The notes: generated from the sequence alone by a model not told the origin. Counted from the first letter of the stretch, positions 51,264 to 61,794 are shown. The stretch is DNA of 64,000 bases from Candidatus Bathyarchaeota archaeon (GCA_963733055.1 CAVTBR010000001.1:928001-992000); one strand, 5' to 3'. Translations and numbers: made by a program.

Positions 51264-52569
51264 CTAACCCGGTACTAGGACAGTAACGAAGACGTTTTGA
51301 ATTAGGTGGCCGCTGGTCGCAGTAATCTCTATCACATAACTCCCCGGCTGCGCGGGCGCGGCGACGTTTACCTCAACGTTCCATGACGCGGGCGACGTAT
51401 TGAGTGCGTATGTGGGCGGCATATTTGAAACAGTCAAACCGGGAGGGAGGCTTGAAGTAGAGAGTTGGACGCTACCCCGCCAATCTCTAATGCTTGTGAG
51501 GTTTAGCGTGAAATCCGTCGACCCGGTGAAATCGCCCGGAGGCAGGAAAACCGTCGGCCTCGAAACACTCAAGTTGAAGCCGGGGCTTTGCTGCAGGCGG
51601 TAGTTGGCGACCACGGTTTCCGACACAGGAGGGAACTGTGTAGTTGAGGGTAGCGGAGATTGCGGACTGCATGCTCTGAGCGGACCAGTTCTGAAAATCA
51701 AACTCACATGAGTAGTTCACGCTTCCATCGGGCTTGAGACATGGGGCAGACTGCGGAGCGTACAGGAGGTGGGTCGTTCCGTTCGTCCAAGTGAATGTAT
51801 GTGGAGTCGTAAGCGGGGTTCCGTCCACTGATATTATGCTCTCACTTGCCGGGTCGGATGTGATCGTGATCTCTACCGGTTTGGACTGGGTTGTGGTATT
51901 GGACACGTTTTGTGGAGAGGTCGGGTTGGCCGCTGCGGGCGTCATAGGTGCGAATGTAGCGGTCTCTGTGATTGGTCCGTCCATAGTGACCGAGGCCGAG
52001 GCCGATGTGCCATTAAACGAACCTAAACCGGCACCAGCCCACGAGACGAAAGCGGACCCATTCCATGAAACGAATATGAAGCCGCTGTTTGGAGTGGCAA
52101 GTATCGGGACATTGGCGTACGCGTTCTGCCACTCTGTATCTGGAGTAGCTGTGCCTCCGGCAGTGGATTTGATGGTTAGGAGATACTGCTGCTGGTAGCC
52201 GGCCATGTAGATCGACGACGAGTTTGGCACTGTGATCGTGTGGGTCTGGTTCTCCCCGTCGGACCACGCCTCAAACACGAACCGACAGGCTGGACCGCAG
52301 CTCAGCAAGCTTACCGCAGACACGTTGTGAGTTGAACCGATCTGCCAACTAAACACCGTAGGCGTCACAATCATATTCCCATCAACCATAACCAGCTCCG
52401 CACCCTCAGGAAACGAGTCGAGCGTCACGGTAACATTCGGGGCGTTGTCGGTCTTGAGCGTCGCTGATGCTGGGGTAACTGAAGTTGTTGCGTGTGTAGT
52501 TGTAGTTGAGACGGCAACGATTAGGAAGAGCAGTAGTGTAGCGGCGCTAATTTGTGAGGCAGTGTGCAT
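51264..52569 (-). CDS. Surface protein with InlB-B-repeat/Ig-like modules, frameshift at about 51630
   Basis: FVFEAWSDG, QQQYLLTI, ATPNSGFIFVSW; ORFs join as NYTVPS-SETVVANY. Confidence 0.75.
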
Positions 52570-52713
52570 GCTCTCTATTCCAGCCGGTCGGAGGTAAGTC
52601 TATGGACACATAATTCCATTGACGTTGAACTTAGAGGTATCAGAATAAGTCTCTACGGTCCCGTCCGCCTTCTCGGTTCTAGGTGCTAATGTAAGCTGTT
52701 GTTATCGACATTC

Positions 52714-53154
52714 TCAAGATTTCTTTCGTGCCCTCTTTTTCTTTCGTATCGTGTAAATGTCCAACCAAATGTTTTCGAACCCTTGGACGAACGCTACCTC
52801 CCACGTGCCCATTTTAACCGGCCCTATTTTTGTAGGGTAGCCTCCATCGCTAAGCCTCTTCAGCAACTCATCGAAATCATCAACCTGAAAACCCAGGTGA
52901 TCGAGTTCTTCTCCTTCACGGAAGGGGGCTGCTATGGGGCTGTCATCCGCGTACCAATTTATTTCCAACCAATGTTTTCCGCCTTTGCTGAGTAAGTTGG
53001 CGAATTCACCCTTGGTCCAGTCGGCTTTGATGCGAGAACGCAGCTTCATTCCCAGGTATTTTGTGAAGAAATCGATTGCGCCGTCTAGATCGCGAACCCG
53101 GATTCCCGTGTAGGAAAACTTCGCTCGGGTTGATTTCGCCCTCATTCTTGGCAA
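52714..53154 (-). CDS. VOC/glyoxalase family protein
   Basis: YTGIRVRDL..F..LGM, LEI, LDHLGFQVDD. Confidence 0.9.
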   Translation of the reverse strand: MPRMRAKSTRAKFSYTGIRVRDLDGAIDFFTKYLGMKLRSRIKADWTKGEFANLLSKGGKHWLEINWYADDSPIAAPFREGEELDHLGFQVDDFDELLKRLSDGGYPTKIGPVKMGTWEVAFVQGFENIWLDIYTIRKKKRARKKS

Positions 53155-53296
53155 GATCTCTGGGCCTTTCTGTGGTAGTTTGGAGATAAATGGATTCTCC
53201 AGAATTCAAGCAGTTTCCGCTAGCCACGCAGAGTCGGTTCGGATGAATTAGCATTCAGGCCCGACGCGAAGATTGCTTCCTGAATAGGATTTGGGC

Positions 53297-53518
53297 TCAA
53301 TTTACGTATGATGGGCGGGTAAGTTTCTCAGTGAATTGGCTAACTCGCGCATCGGGGCCCTTGCCTAACCGCGATTTAGGAGGAGAGGGAGTGGGTTCCC
53401 GATCTTCGTCTACGGGAGGAGTGATTAGCCTCCGGCCTCCGCATCTTTGGCATATGTCTGAATCTTCATTGAAGATCGGTAGTGTTCCATCACACGTGCA
53501 AACTGTATAATTGCTCAT
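53297..53518 (-). CDS. Small Cys-motif protein (CxC...CxxC)
   Basis: Stand-alone ORF with ATG, CTC and CQRCGG, Pro-rich tail. Confidence 0.5.
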   Translation of the reverse strand: MSNYTVCTCDGTLPIFNEDSDICQRCGGRRLITPPVDEDREPTPSPPKSRLGKGPDARVSQFTEKLTRPSYVN

Positions 53519-53628
53519 TACAGTTCACCGGAAGCTTCTGTGATGGACTCGGAACAAAAACACGTTTCCACTTATTCCACGTAGCCGGTAGCAACCTGAT
53601 ATTAAGCGCCCAGTAACAATTCGATTAT

Positions 53629-53650
53629 GGAGTAACTATTCTGTTACTCC
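53629..53650. promoter_or_regulatory. Inverted repeat between the divergent small gene and the HxlR regulator
   Basis: GGAGTAAC-tattct-GTTACTCC; extra AGTAAC half-site at 53612. Confidence 0.5.
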
Positions 53651-53863
53651 TATCCTGTTCGAAATCGAGTTGTGCACAATTTTTCTTGAATTGAACTTTG
53701 TTTAGAAACGTCTTAGAGAATCATCCTGTAATCGCGATTTCAAAGTTGCAGTGAGGATTTCCAATCGCGGGCACCCTGATTTCTGGGGGTATCAGCACGG
53801 TAGCCTGCACTACGGCCTGTTCAGTTATTAATGATAGGTCGTAACATGGTGTAAGTGACGTGA

Positions 53864-54325
53864 TTGCAGTCTCAGGTTTCAGAGGTTGACCTTCGGAGCG
53901 GAATAGAACGGCTATTCGATGAGTTCATCGAATACTCTGCCGGTTTCACGAATAAGATCTTCGAGGTTGGAAGTGGTCGGATAGATAATGAGCCGGCTAG
54001 CATATCGAAAGCTAATCTTATGATTGCCAAGATCATATTCAGTAAGTGGGTTATCGAAATCCTCGCCGTACTCCACCATCGAGACAGCTGTGGTTTTGAA
54101 GAAATGCGAAGACAGATAGGAACGATTAGCCCACGCATGCTTTCCCTCAAACTAACCAAACTTCAGAAAATAGGCATAATTCACCGGGAAGTCCTCCAGG
54201 GCAAACCTCCCCGCGTGAACTATAGCCTAACCAAGAAGGGAGAAGCGGTTGGAAAACTCGGTGAACCGGTAATGCTCTTCCTACGCTATCACAGCGGGCT
54301 ACTCTTTTCAGACGGGTCGAAGTAG
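53864..54325 (+). CDS. HxlR-family wHTH regulator
   Basis: SKWVIEIL, FEEM, ISPRMLS..L, PPRVNYSLTKKG. Confidence 0.92.
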   Translation: MQSQVSEVDLRSGIERLFDEFIEYSAGFTNKIFEVGSGRIDNEPASISKANLMIAKIIFSKWVIEILAVLHHRDSCGFEEMRRQIGTISPRMLSLKLTKLQKIGIIHREVLQGKPPRVNYSLTKKGEAVGKLGEPVMLFLRYHSGLLFSDGSK

Positions 54326-54480
54326 TTGCAGTGGGAAATCATAGCTTAGTAAAATCGACTAAAACGGTCCGTTGAATCAACCGTTTCATGTGTGAAAGTT
54401 TTTCTGTTCGCAAAACTTGGGTTAGGTAATCATACCCGCATACGAAATATCCATAGTAGCGTAGGTGTAGGTGAAGAAGA

Positions 54481-56064
54481 GTGTCTGAACATCGACAGAA
54501 AGCATCAAAACAGGTTCAGGTCGTAGAGGACGCCAAGAGAACCATTGGCCTTAAGCAGTTGATCCACAACGGCGTTCTAGTGCCGGCCCCCTACACTCCC
54601 CAGAACTTCACCCTAACCTTCCGCGGCACACCACTCAAGCTCACCCCACTTCAAGAAGAGATGGCGGTAAGGTTCGCCCAGAAATTCGGCACCCCATACG
54701 CTGAGGATCAGAAGTTTCGATCAAATTTCATGGAAGACTTCGCGAAAGCCCTGGGCGTGAAGGGAAAGATCACCGTTGAAGACTTCGACTGGACGCCCAT
54801 CGTTCAATGGATCGAGGCTGAAAAGGCCAGGAAGGCGGGCATGGGGAAGGACGAGAAGAAGCAGTTGGCAGCCTCAAGGAAGAAAATCCGAGAGGAACGC
54901 AAGGAACACTACGGTTGGGCCAAGGTTGACGGTGTGCGTATGGAGATCGCCAACTACTCCGTCGAACCCTCAGGAATCTTCCTCGGGCGAGGCAAACATC
55001 CGCTTCGGGGAAGGTGGAAGCCAGCCATCTTCACGAAGGATGTGACGTTGAATCTCAGCCCGGACGCACCGACGCCGCTAGGTGAATGGGCGGGGCGGGA
55101 GTGGCGTTCGAATGAGCTTTGGATTGCTCGCTGGACGGATAAGTTGGTTGGGAAGGTGAAATATGTTTGGTTCCATGACGCAACACCGATGAAACAGGGG
55201 CGGACGCAGGAGAAGTTCGATTTGGCTAGGGATTTGGAGTCAAGGATTGCTGAGGTGCGAGCTCACATCGCGAGAGGGTTGGTGGATGAGGATGTGAAGC
55301 GTCGGAAGGTGGCGACGGTAGCTTACCTGATTGACGTGTTCAATATCCGTGTTGGTGATGAGAAGGAGACGGAGAGCGGGACGGTTGGGGCGACAAGTCT
55401 GCAGAGAAAACACATCAATCTCCACAACAGCCCCTTCGTCGTGAAGCTGCATTTCCTCGGCAAGGATTGGGTGCTGTTCGAGAGGGAACTGGAAGTGTCT
55501 GAGGCCGCGTTCCGGAACTTGCAAGAATTCACCGCTAACGAGGGACGCATATTCAGCGGAGTCACTACAGATGCCGTGCGAGAGTTTCTTTCCGAAGCCA
55601 TGTCACGCCTGAGCCCGAAAGTATTCCGTACATTTTCCGCAACAGACCTCTTCGAAAAGAAGTTGGGGAGCGCTAAGGTGAGTGCAGAGAGTTTGGAGAC
55701 GGAGAAGAAGATGGCGTTGACCGAGGCGAATGCGGCGGTGGCTCAGTTGCTGAATCACCAGAAGGCGGTGCCCAAGAAGTGGCAGGAAACATACAAGAAA
55801 CGAATGGAGATGCTGAAATCCCTGAAAGGAAAGGAGGGGAAATCCATCGCCAAACGGAAACAGGGGCTCCAACTCCGCATACAACAAATGAGGCTAGGAA
55901 AGACCTGGAACCTAGGGACGTCGCTTAGGAACTACATAGACCCGAGGGTTTCGGTGGAGTTCTGTAGGAAAGTCGACTACGACTGGAAACGTTACTACCC
56001 CAAAGCGCTGATCACCAAATTTGCCTGGGCCGACCCGGAAGGAAACCAGAGCGAGCAGAAATAG
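54481..56064 (+). CDS. DNA topoisomerase IB (eukaryote-like)
   Basis: LIHNGV, EPSGIFLGRGKHPLRGRWK, catalytic set IRVGDEK / FLGKD / KVFRT / NHQK / TSLRNYIDPR. Confidence 0.95.
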   Translation: MSEHRQKASKQVQVVEDAKRTIGLKQLIHNGVLVPAPYTPQNFTLTFRGTPLKLTPLQEEMAVRFAQKFGTPYAEDQKFRSNFMEDFAKALGVKGKITVEDFDWTPIVQWIEAEKARKAGMGKDEKKQLAASRKKIREERKEHYGWAKVDGVRMEIANYSVEPSGIFLGRGKHPLRGRWKPAIFTKDVTLNLSPDAPTPLGEWAGREWRSNELWIARWTDKLVGKVKYVWFHDATPMKQGRTQEKFDLARDLESRIAEVRAHIARGLVDEDVKRRKVATVAYLIDVFNIRVGDEKETESGTVGATSLQRKHINLHNSPFVVKLHFLGKDWVLFERELEVSEAAFRNLQEFTANEGRIFSGVTTDAVREFLSEAMSRLSPKVFRTFSATDLFEKKLGSAKVSAESLETEKKMALTEANAAVAQLLNHQKAVPKKWQETYKKRMEMLKSLKGKEGKSIAKRKQGLQLRIQQMRLGKTWNLGTSLRNYIDPRVSVEFCRKVDYDWKRYYPKALITKFAWADPEGNQSEQK

Positions 56065-56295
56065 CATAACGGGTAGCGAATGGAAAAAAACCTTTTCTTG
56101 GCCACTTTTGGCGCCTTGTTGTATAATCTTCCGCTTTGTGCGGCCTTCTGCCACCAGCCGTATCGTTTCGGCACGTTTCGAGGTAGTCAGCCTCAAATCT
56201 TCACGTACTGGTCAAATGCATGGGAAAACCAAGATTCTTCGAACGGTTTGACCTAGTCAATATAAGGCGGGGTGCGGGTAAACGTTGGTTCAACA

Positions 56296-56893
56296 ATGTT
56301 AGCAGAAAGCATCAGCGTTACCCCCGATGTCGAGGAATTCGACCTCGACCCGCGAACTGGAAGTGCTCAAACTTCTCTCGGCCGACCAGAATGCACACTA
56401 CTCATTCCAAGGGCTCCGGCGAAGACTCGGCCTACACCAGGAAACACTAACCCGAACCCTCAAGAGGCTAGAGGAAGCGCACGCCATCGAACACTCTCCC
56501 GATGGGTACAAGGTGAGAGGTTCGGGAAACACGTTCTCGTTCACAGTTAGAACAGGCCAACCAAACCCGAAGCCAGTAATCGAAGCCTATCTACCGAGCC
56601 AAATTGACGTCACCGTCCTATTTCAGAAGCTTAGAGGTAGATGGTTCAGCAACTTCAGATGGCTTGGCTACTCACAGGACGGGAGCATGCTCTCAATGAG
56701 CTGGATCAGTGAAGACGGGCGAATGCAGTTGCAGGCCCGAATAAGCGCCGGCCGAATCACGATCACCGCCGACTCCTACACCAGCCAAAGCGAGTCGGAA
56801 CAGATCGCAGCAGCATACCAACTCTTCGACCACATAACCAAAGCAACCGAAGAAATGTCTCAAACCGTAACCCCCACGCCAATCGCGAACTGA
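56296..56893 (+). CDS. wHTH-domain protein, frameshift at about 56350
   Basis: MLAESISVTPDVEEFDLD joins RELEVLKLL..SFQGLRRRLGLHQETLTRTLKRLEE. Confidence 0.78.
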
Positions 56894-57078
56894 CCAGCTA
56901 CCAAACTCCCCAGTCATTATCAGCCAATCGCGGCTATCTACCCGCGAACAGAAATGATATCGTTAAACGATCTTGAACCAACCGTCGTTCAACTAGATTC
57001 GGTAACCGTCCCGTGGAAGCCAATCGACCCAAAGCCTGAACCGCTCGAAAGACGCCCCTTTATGGGTCGACTCTACGC

Positions 57079-58002
57079 TTAGACTTCCGCCACTGCGACC
57101 CTACCGCCCAACATTGGGTCCAATGGTTGACCGAAGAGTTCTGGATGAAGCATTTGGGCTAGAATGCTGATCGCGTCGAAGAGCCTAGGACCGGATCGGC
57201 TGAAGTAATTGTGCCCGTCAGTAGCGTAAACTAAACCATTTCGCACGGCCGAAAGGCGTCTTGCATTTGGGAGATTGAGGAACTGTTTTGCTTCGCTTAT
57301 CGTTCTTGGAGTCGTAAAGCCACACGGCATCAACACAACGACCTCCGGATCATACTCTAAGACTCGGTTCCAGTCTACGTAGGTTGATGGTTCACCCTTA
57401 GTTGCTAGCTCATCGACTCCCCCCGCATATTCGAGCAGTTCGGGGACCCAGTGACCTGCATTCATAACCGGCTTTAACCACTCGACACAGAAAACTCTCG
57501 TTTTCCTCCTACCTTCCGTTAGCCGCCCAATTTCCTCAGCCTTCGCCTTTAGTTGTGCGACCACACGTTCCGCTTCTTTCTTGCGATCCGTTGCTCCAGC
57601 TACTTTCCGAATATCATCCTGAACGTCTTCAAGCGTGTGCGGGTTCAGCGAAAGCACATTCACCTGCCTACCCAACCTATTCACAGCCTCCAAGACGTCT
57701 GTCGCTCCGATTGCGCACACGTCGCAGAGTTCTTGTGTGATGATGAGGTCTGGGTTTGCTTGTTTGAGTTCGTCGAACTTGATTCGGTAAATGCTCTTGC
57801 CCTCTCGCATGTTCTCCACAACAAGCGCGTCGATTCGTTCACTGCTCAGCTGCGTGGTATCGAAGATGGGCTCGATCATCTTCGGCTTCGATTTGGCGCT
57901 TTCGGGGTAGTCGCATTCGTGGGACACCCCGACTAAACTGTTCCCTAAGCCGAGTAAGTAAACGATCTCCGTTGCGCTCGGGAGAAGCGATACAATGCGC
58001 AT
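57079..58002 (-). CDS. Cobalamin/siderophore-binding protein (BtuF-like)
   Basis: RIVSLLPSATE, VSHECDYP, QELCDVCA, FSRSGPRL. Confidence 0.9.
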   Translation of the reverse strand: MRIVSLLPSATEIVYLLGLGNSLVGVSHECDYPESAKSKPKMIEPIFDTTQLSSERIDALVVENMREGKSIYRIKFDELKQANPDLIITQELCDVCAIGATDVLEAVNRLGRQVNVLSLNPHTLEDVQDDIRKVAGATDRKKEAERVVAQLKAKAEEIGRLTEGRRKTRVFCVEWLKPVMNAGHWVPELLEYAGGVDELATKGEPSTYVDWNRVLEYDPEVVVLMPCGFTTPRTISEAKQFLNLPNARRLSAVRNGLVYATDGHNYFSRSGPRLFDAISILAQMLHPELFGQPLDPMLGGRVAVAEV

Positions 58003-58018
58003 TCGCTTCGAACTCCGA

Positions 58019-59434
58019 TCACTTGCGTTTAGTCCGACGTAGCGAACTTCGTCCAGGGAGGAGAGCTAGGCCTAGGAAGATGGTGACGACAGCTATGGTT
58101 GCGCCGACGAGGGTTGTGGAGCTTATGGATTGCAATGTGACCACCGGCTCGCCTCCGAATGCTTCAATGAGTTCAGCCGTTGCGGTTACTCCGAAAGAAC
58201 CCGCCAGCACCAAGCCGGTAAGTGCAATGCCCGATGCTGCCCCAGCTTTCTGGGGGGGCACGACCGCTAACGCAGCGGTGTCCGTTGTAGCATAGACTAA
58301 ACCGAGCCCCAGTCCAGCGATCCCGAGCATTGAAAGTAGGAGAAGCCACGAACCAGCCAACGCATTAACGCCTATCACTGTAAACGATACTAGAGAGCAA
58401 AGCAGTCCCGAGATCATTGGAACCCGCGGCCCAAACTTAGCATCCAACCTTCCCGCAACAGGGCCGGCAATTGCGGTGCCAGCTGACAAAGGAAGCAGAG
58501 ACGCGCCCGCGAGTAGAGGAGGGAACCCCCGAACGTTCTCGAAGAAGAGAGTGAATGCGAAAACTGCCAGGCAGAAGAGGATGTTGCCAACGCTTCCCGT
58601 CAAAGTGATCCCTGAGAATGCTCTTCCGGCGAATAATTCGGGTTGAATGAGAGGGTTGGACACTCGATGTTCAATCCTGCCGCACAGCCAGAACAGTATG
58701 ATTGATGCGGCGACTGCGCCGATCGTGAGCATAGAGGTCCAACCCCAATCTGCGCCATAATTTATGAGCAGCGACACTACCACACAACTCGAAACTATGG
58801 TTACCAACCCAGCCCAATCAATGGATTTCGCAACGCTCTCGTCCCGAGACTCTGACATCTCTCTCATGGCGAGGATTATGGCGACAATTGCGACGGGCAC
58901 GTTGAAGTAGAAAACCCACCGCCACCCAAGCGTCCCTGTCAGCAGGCCGCCAACGAATGGCCCGATCGCTAGACCGAGGTTCGCGATTCCCACAACAATT
59001 CCCGTGGCCGTCTGCCTCTGCTTCTCGGGCAGTGCGTTTGTCAAGATCGAGAATGAAATTGGGAAGAAGAATGCGGCACCAACCCCTTGCAGTATCCGTG
59101 CGGCAATCAACATGGAAACGCTCGTCGAAACGCCTCCAAGAATAGAAGCTATCGCGAAGATCACGATGCCCCCAATAAGCGCTCGACGGCGACCATAGAT
59201 GTCACCGAGCCTTCCGCCGACGATCATGAAAGAAGCGAAAGATAGCAGGTAGGCGCTAAGCGCCCATTGCAACGTGGTGGTTGGAACCTGTAACTCCACG
59301 GACATGACTGGAAGCGCCACAGACATCGACAAGTAATCCAACGAGACGACCAGTTGAGACAACGCCACGGCGACTAACAATAGCAGAGGCATCTTAGTCA
59401 GTTGATTCGACATCAGCCGTCCTCCGAGCCTCAC
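58019..59434 (-). CDS. MFS transporter (DHA2/EmrB-like)
   Basis: GRLGDIYGRRR, ARILQGVG, WRWVFYFNVP. Confidence 0.93.
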   Translation of the reverse strand: MRLGGRLMSNQLTKMPLLLLVAVALSQLVVSLDYLSMSVALPVMSVELQVPTTTLQWALSAYLLSFASFMIVGGRLGDIYGRRRALIGGIVIFAIASILGGVSTSVSMLIAARILQGVGAAFFFPISFSILTNALPEKQRQTATGIVVGIANLGLAIGPFVGGLLTGTLGWRWVFYFNVPVAIVAIILAMREMSESRDESVAKSIDWAGLVTIVSSCVVVSLLINYGADWGWTSMLTIGAVAASIILFWLCGRIEHRVSNPLIQPELFAGRAFSGITLTGSVGNILFCLAVFAFTLFFENVRGFPPLLAGASLLPLSAGTAIAGPVAGRLDAKFGPRVPMISGLLCSLVSFTVIGVNALAGSWLLLLSMLGIAGLGLGLVYATTDTAALAVVPPQKAGAASGIALTGLVLAGSFGVTATAELIEAFGGEPVVTLQSISSTTLVGATIAVVTIFLGLALLPGRSSLRRTKRK

Positions 59435-59493
59435 AGAACAGGGTTAGAAAATATATGGGTGCCCACGCTTCTTAACATTGAGCGAGAATTTCT

Positions 59494-59671
59494 ATGCCTC
59501 GAGAGCTTGAATGCGGCCTCTGCGGTTCCGCGTTTCACGTGCCAAACCGGTATGGGACAATGTTGGTGCGACGAGTTCAGGTTGACCCCTGAAGCCATCG
59601 CTCAGCTAGAGGTGTTGGCTAAGGATTGCGTTTGCCCAGCGTGCCTGATGAAATTTTCAACCAGAAATTAA
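59494..59671 (+). CDS. Cys-rich CWC family protein, +1 frameshift at about 59528
   Basis: Removing one C gives MPRELECGLCGSRFTCQTGMGQCWC...CVCPACL. Confidence 0.8.
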
Positions 59672-59747
59672 CCCGACTCCCGGATTCTAATTGATCTAGT
59701 AGTGCGCTAGTGATAGTGTGCCATCCGTGTCCCCGTTGTCTTGAAGC

Positions 59748-60137
59748 CTAGGGGGTTGGCGCAAGGTAGTGTTCATTTCCGTCCGGGTCCCGGATTGTCG
59801 CGAACCATCCCCATGGAGCCTTTTCCGGAAGGTGAGAAAATTCGACACCAGCTTCCTTGAGCCGGTTGCACTCGGCTTGGAAATCCCCGGGTAGGACGAT
59901 AACGATTCCTGAAGGTCCGGGCTCGAGGGGAATCGGTTTCGGTTGGTTTTCTGATGCTTGACACAAATGAATCTCGCTTCCCTTGCCAACTCCTCCGACT
60001 GTGACCCAGTGGCCTTCGTCAGCCATTAAGGCCAATCCAAGTTTCTCAGTGTACCACTTCTTGGCTGTTTCACGATTGGAAACGACGACGGGCACACTCG
60101 CCACCCAAGGAGTTTTGGGATTCGTAGTTGTCATCAA
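59748..60137 (-). CDS. VOC/glyoxalase family protein
   Basis: WYTEKLGL, PWG, IRDPDGN. Confidence 0.9.
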   Translation of the reverse strand: MMTTTNPKTPWVASVPVVVSNRETAKKWYTEKLGLALMADEGHWVTVGGVGKGSEIHLCQASENQPKPIPLEPGPSGIVIVLPGDFQAECNRLKEAGVEFSHLPEKAPWGWFATIRDPDGNEHYLAPTP

Positions 60138-60369
60138 TCACACTATCCTGTTTTCTCCGAGCGGAGATAGATAAAAACCGACTCACTATTGTATCCGCGC
60201 ATTTCACTCGCTCTCCCTATGATTGACGAAAAGCTGAACCTGAACCAGTTGACTGTCACAGTACAGTCTTCCAATCGAGAAACTTGTGGCTCGAGATTGT
60301 CAGGTTCCATTGTGACACGCAAATCTTCATAATTCGACGTAACCTTCGCGGCCTTGATTGGTGTCTTGA

Positions 60370-60759
60370 TTGACTGAGAGAAGGATAATTGACGATGCCT
60401 CCTTCCCGAACGAGTGGCCGAAGAAAGAAGACCATGAGGGGCATGAGGTCAGATGGAAGGATGGTGTCAGTAAGGAGTATGGGGTGCACGGTGTCGCTGT
60501 CGCGGTAGATTTTGACATTTGCATCGCCGATGGAATTTGTATTTCAGTGTGCCCGGTCAATGTTTTTGATAAGATGGACTTCCCCGCGGAGCAGGAGAAG
60601 ATCGACAAGCAGACCCCTAACGATAGCGGCAAGACGCTTTTGGACCGTTGGAAGGCCGACCCGATGCGAGAACGGGACTGCATCTTCTGCCGAGCGTGCG
60701 AAATCCAATGCCCAGTGCAAGCGATCAAGATCACCGAAGGCGTCGGGCCATTCGCATAA
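60370..60759 (+). CDS. Dicluster ferredoxin with His-containing N-terminal extension (Zn-ferredoxin type)
   Basis: HEGH..GVHG; CIADGICISVCP; CIFCRACEIQCP. Confidence 0.9.
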   Translation: MTERRIIDDASFPNEWPKKEDHEGHEVRWKDGVSKEYGVHGVAVAVDFDICIADGICISVCPVNVFDKMDFPAEQEKIDKQTPNDSGKTLLDRWKADPMRERDCIFCRACEIQCPVQAIKITEGVGPFA

Positions 60760-60875
60760 AACTGTCAATAATCTAGCAGCAAATTGACAACAAGTGCGGG
60801 ATCTTGTACTGGTTCCTGCTCATTTGACGGTAAAACGCTATATCCATGCACAACACACCCTTTGGCTGATGTAAG

Positions 60876-61169
60876 ATGGCATTCATTCTCGCAGGAGCAC
60901 TGCTCGGAGCAGCGGCTGGTGGAGCATTAGGGCTCACGGCCGCGGGAATTACCGGTGCCTGGATTGGGGCTGGAATTGGAACTGCAGCAGGTATCGGCCT
61001 AGGGGCGGCCGCATATGCGTACAGTAGACGGTATTGGTACCCAATGCCGTATGCGCCGTATCCATACTTTGGCTCATATGCACCCTCATACGCACCCACA
61101 TACGCACCGTATCCGATGTTCAACTACCCTACCCCATGGCCAGCGGGCCGCCTCTTCTACGCGTACTAG
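60876..61169 (+). CDS. Glycine-zipper / Tyr-Pro-rich small protein
   Basis: GxxxG-rich hydrophobic N-half and YAP repeats; 12-bp tandem repeat x3 at 61075-61110. Confidence 0.65.
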   Translation: MAFILAGALLGAAAGGALGLTAAGITGAWIGAGIGTAAGIGLGAAAYAYSRRYWYPMPYAPYPYFGSYAPSYAPTYAPYPMFNYPTPWPAGRLFYAY

Positions 61170-61630
61170 GCGCGGCTCTGCAAATTCCACGATCTGCTCC
61201 TAGCGGAGCTCATGAGATAATGGGCTTCCTGTTCGTTGTGTAGGCTTCAAGAAAAATTTCGGGGATAATTCTCGGGAGAGCGCTGCCGCAAAACCTACTG
61301 GTGCTCTCCGTCCCGGAGAGAAATGAGGTAGCAGCCTCTCCCCAACAAAAATCGCAACCTAGAACTATTAATCACTTGCGGGTTAGCTTGCCCGAGTCAC
61401 GCGTGAAAGCAAGCGATGGTAGAATATGCTATCAACTATTCTTTTTGAAGACTCAAATTTGAAACACGCCGATACCCTCGGCAAAGAGGAATTGGATTCT
61501 AGTCCTTCTGATGAGCGAAGTAATAGTGTAAAACTTCTAAAAGAAATTCCCAGCGGATATTGGGAAGCTGCATTAGACTTATGTTCTCGGTTCGGGCGTA
61601 GGTTTCGTGCGGGAAAAGCCTCTGACTATT

Positions 61631-61794
<164 letters not shown>

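Noticed and set aside
56954-57082. 42-aa ORF MISLNDLEPT...GRLYA
   Set aside because: Short with no motif; its resemblance to the GRLFYAY end of the 60876 protein is probably chance
2083-59532. Programmed ribosomal frameshifting as the cause of the split genes
   Set aside because: No slippery heptamers, the genes are unrelated, and the shared context is a palindromic DNA motif, which fits sequencing error better
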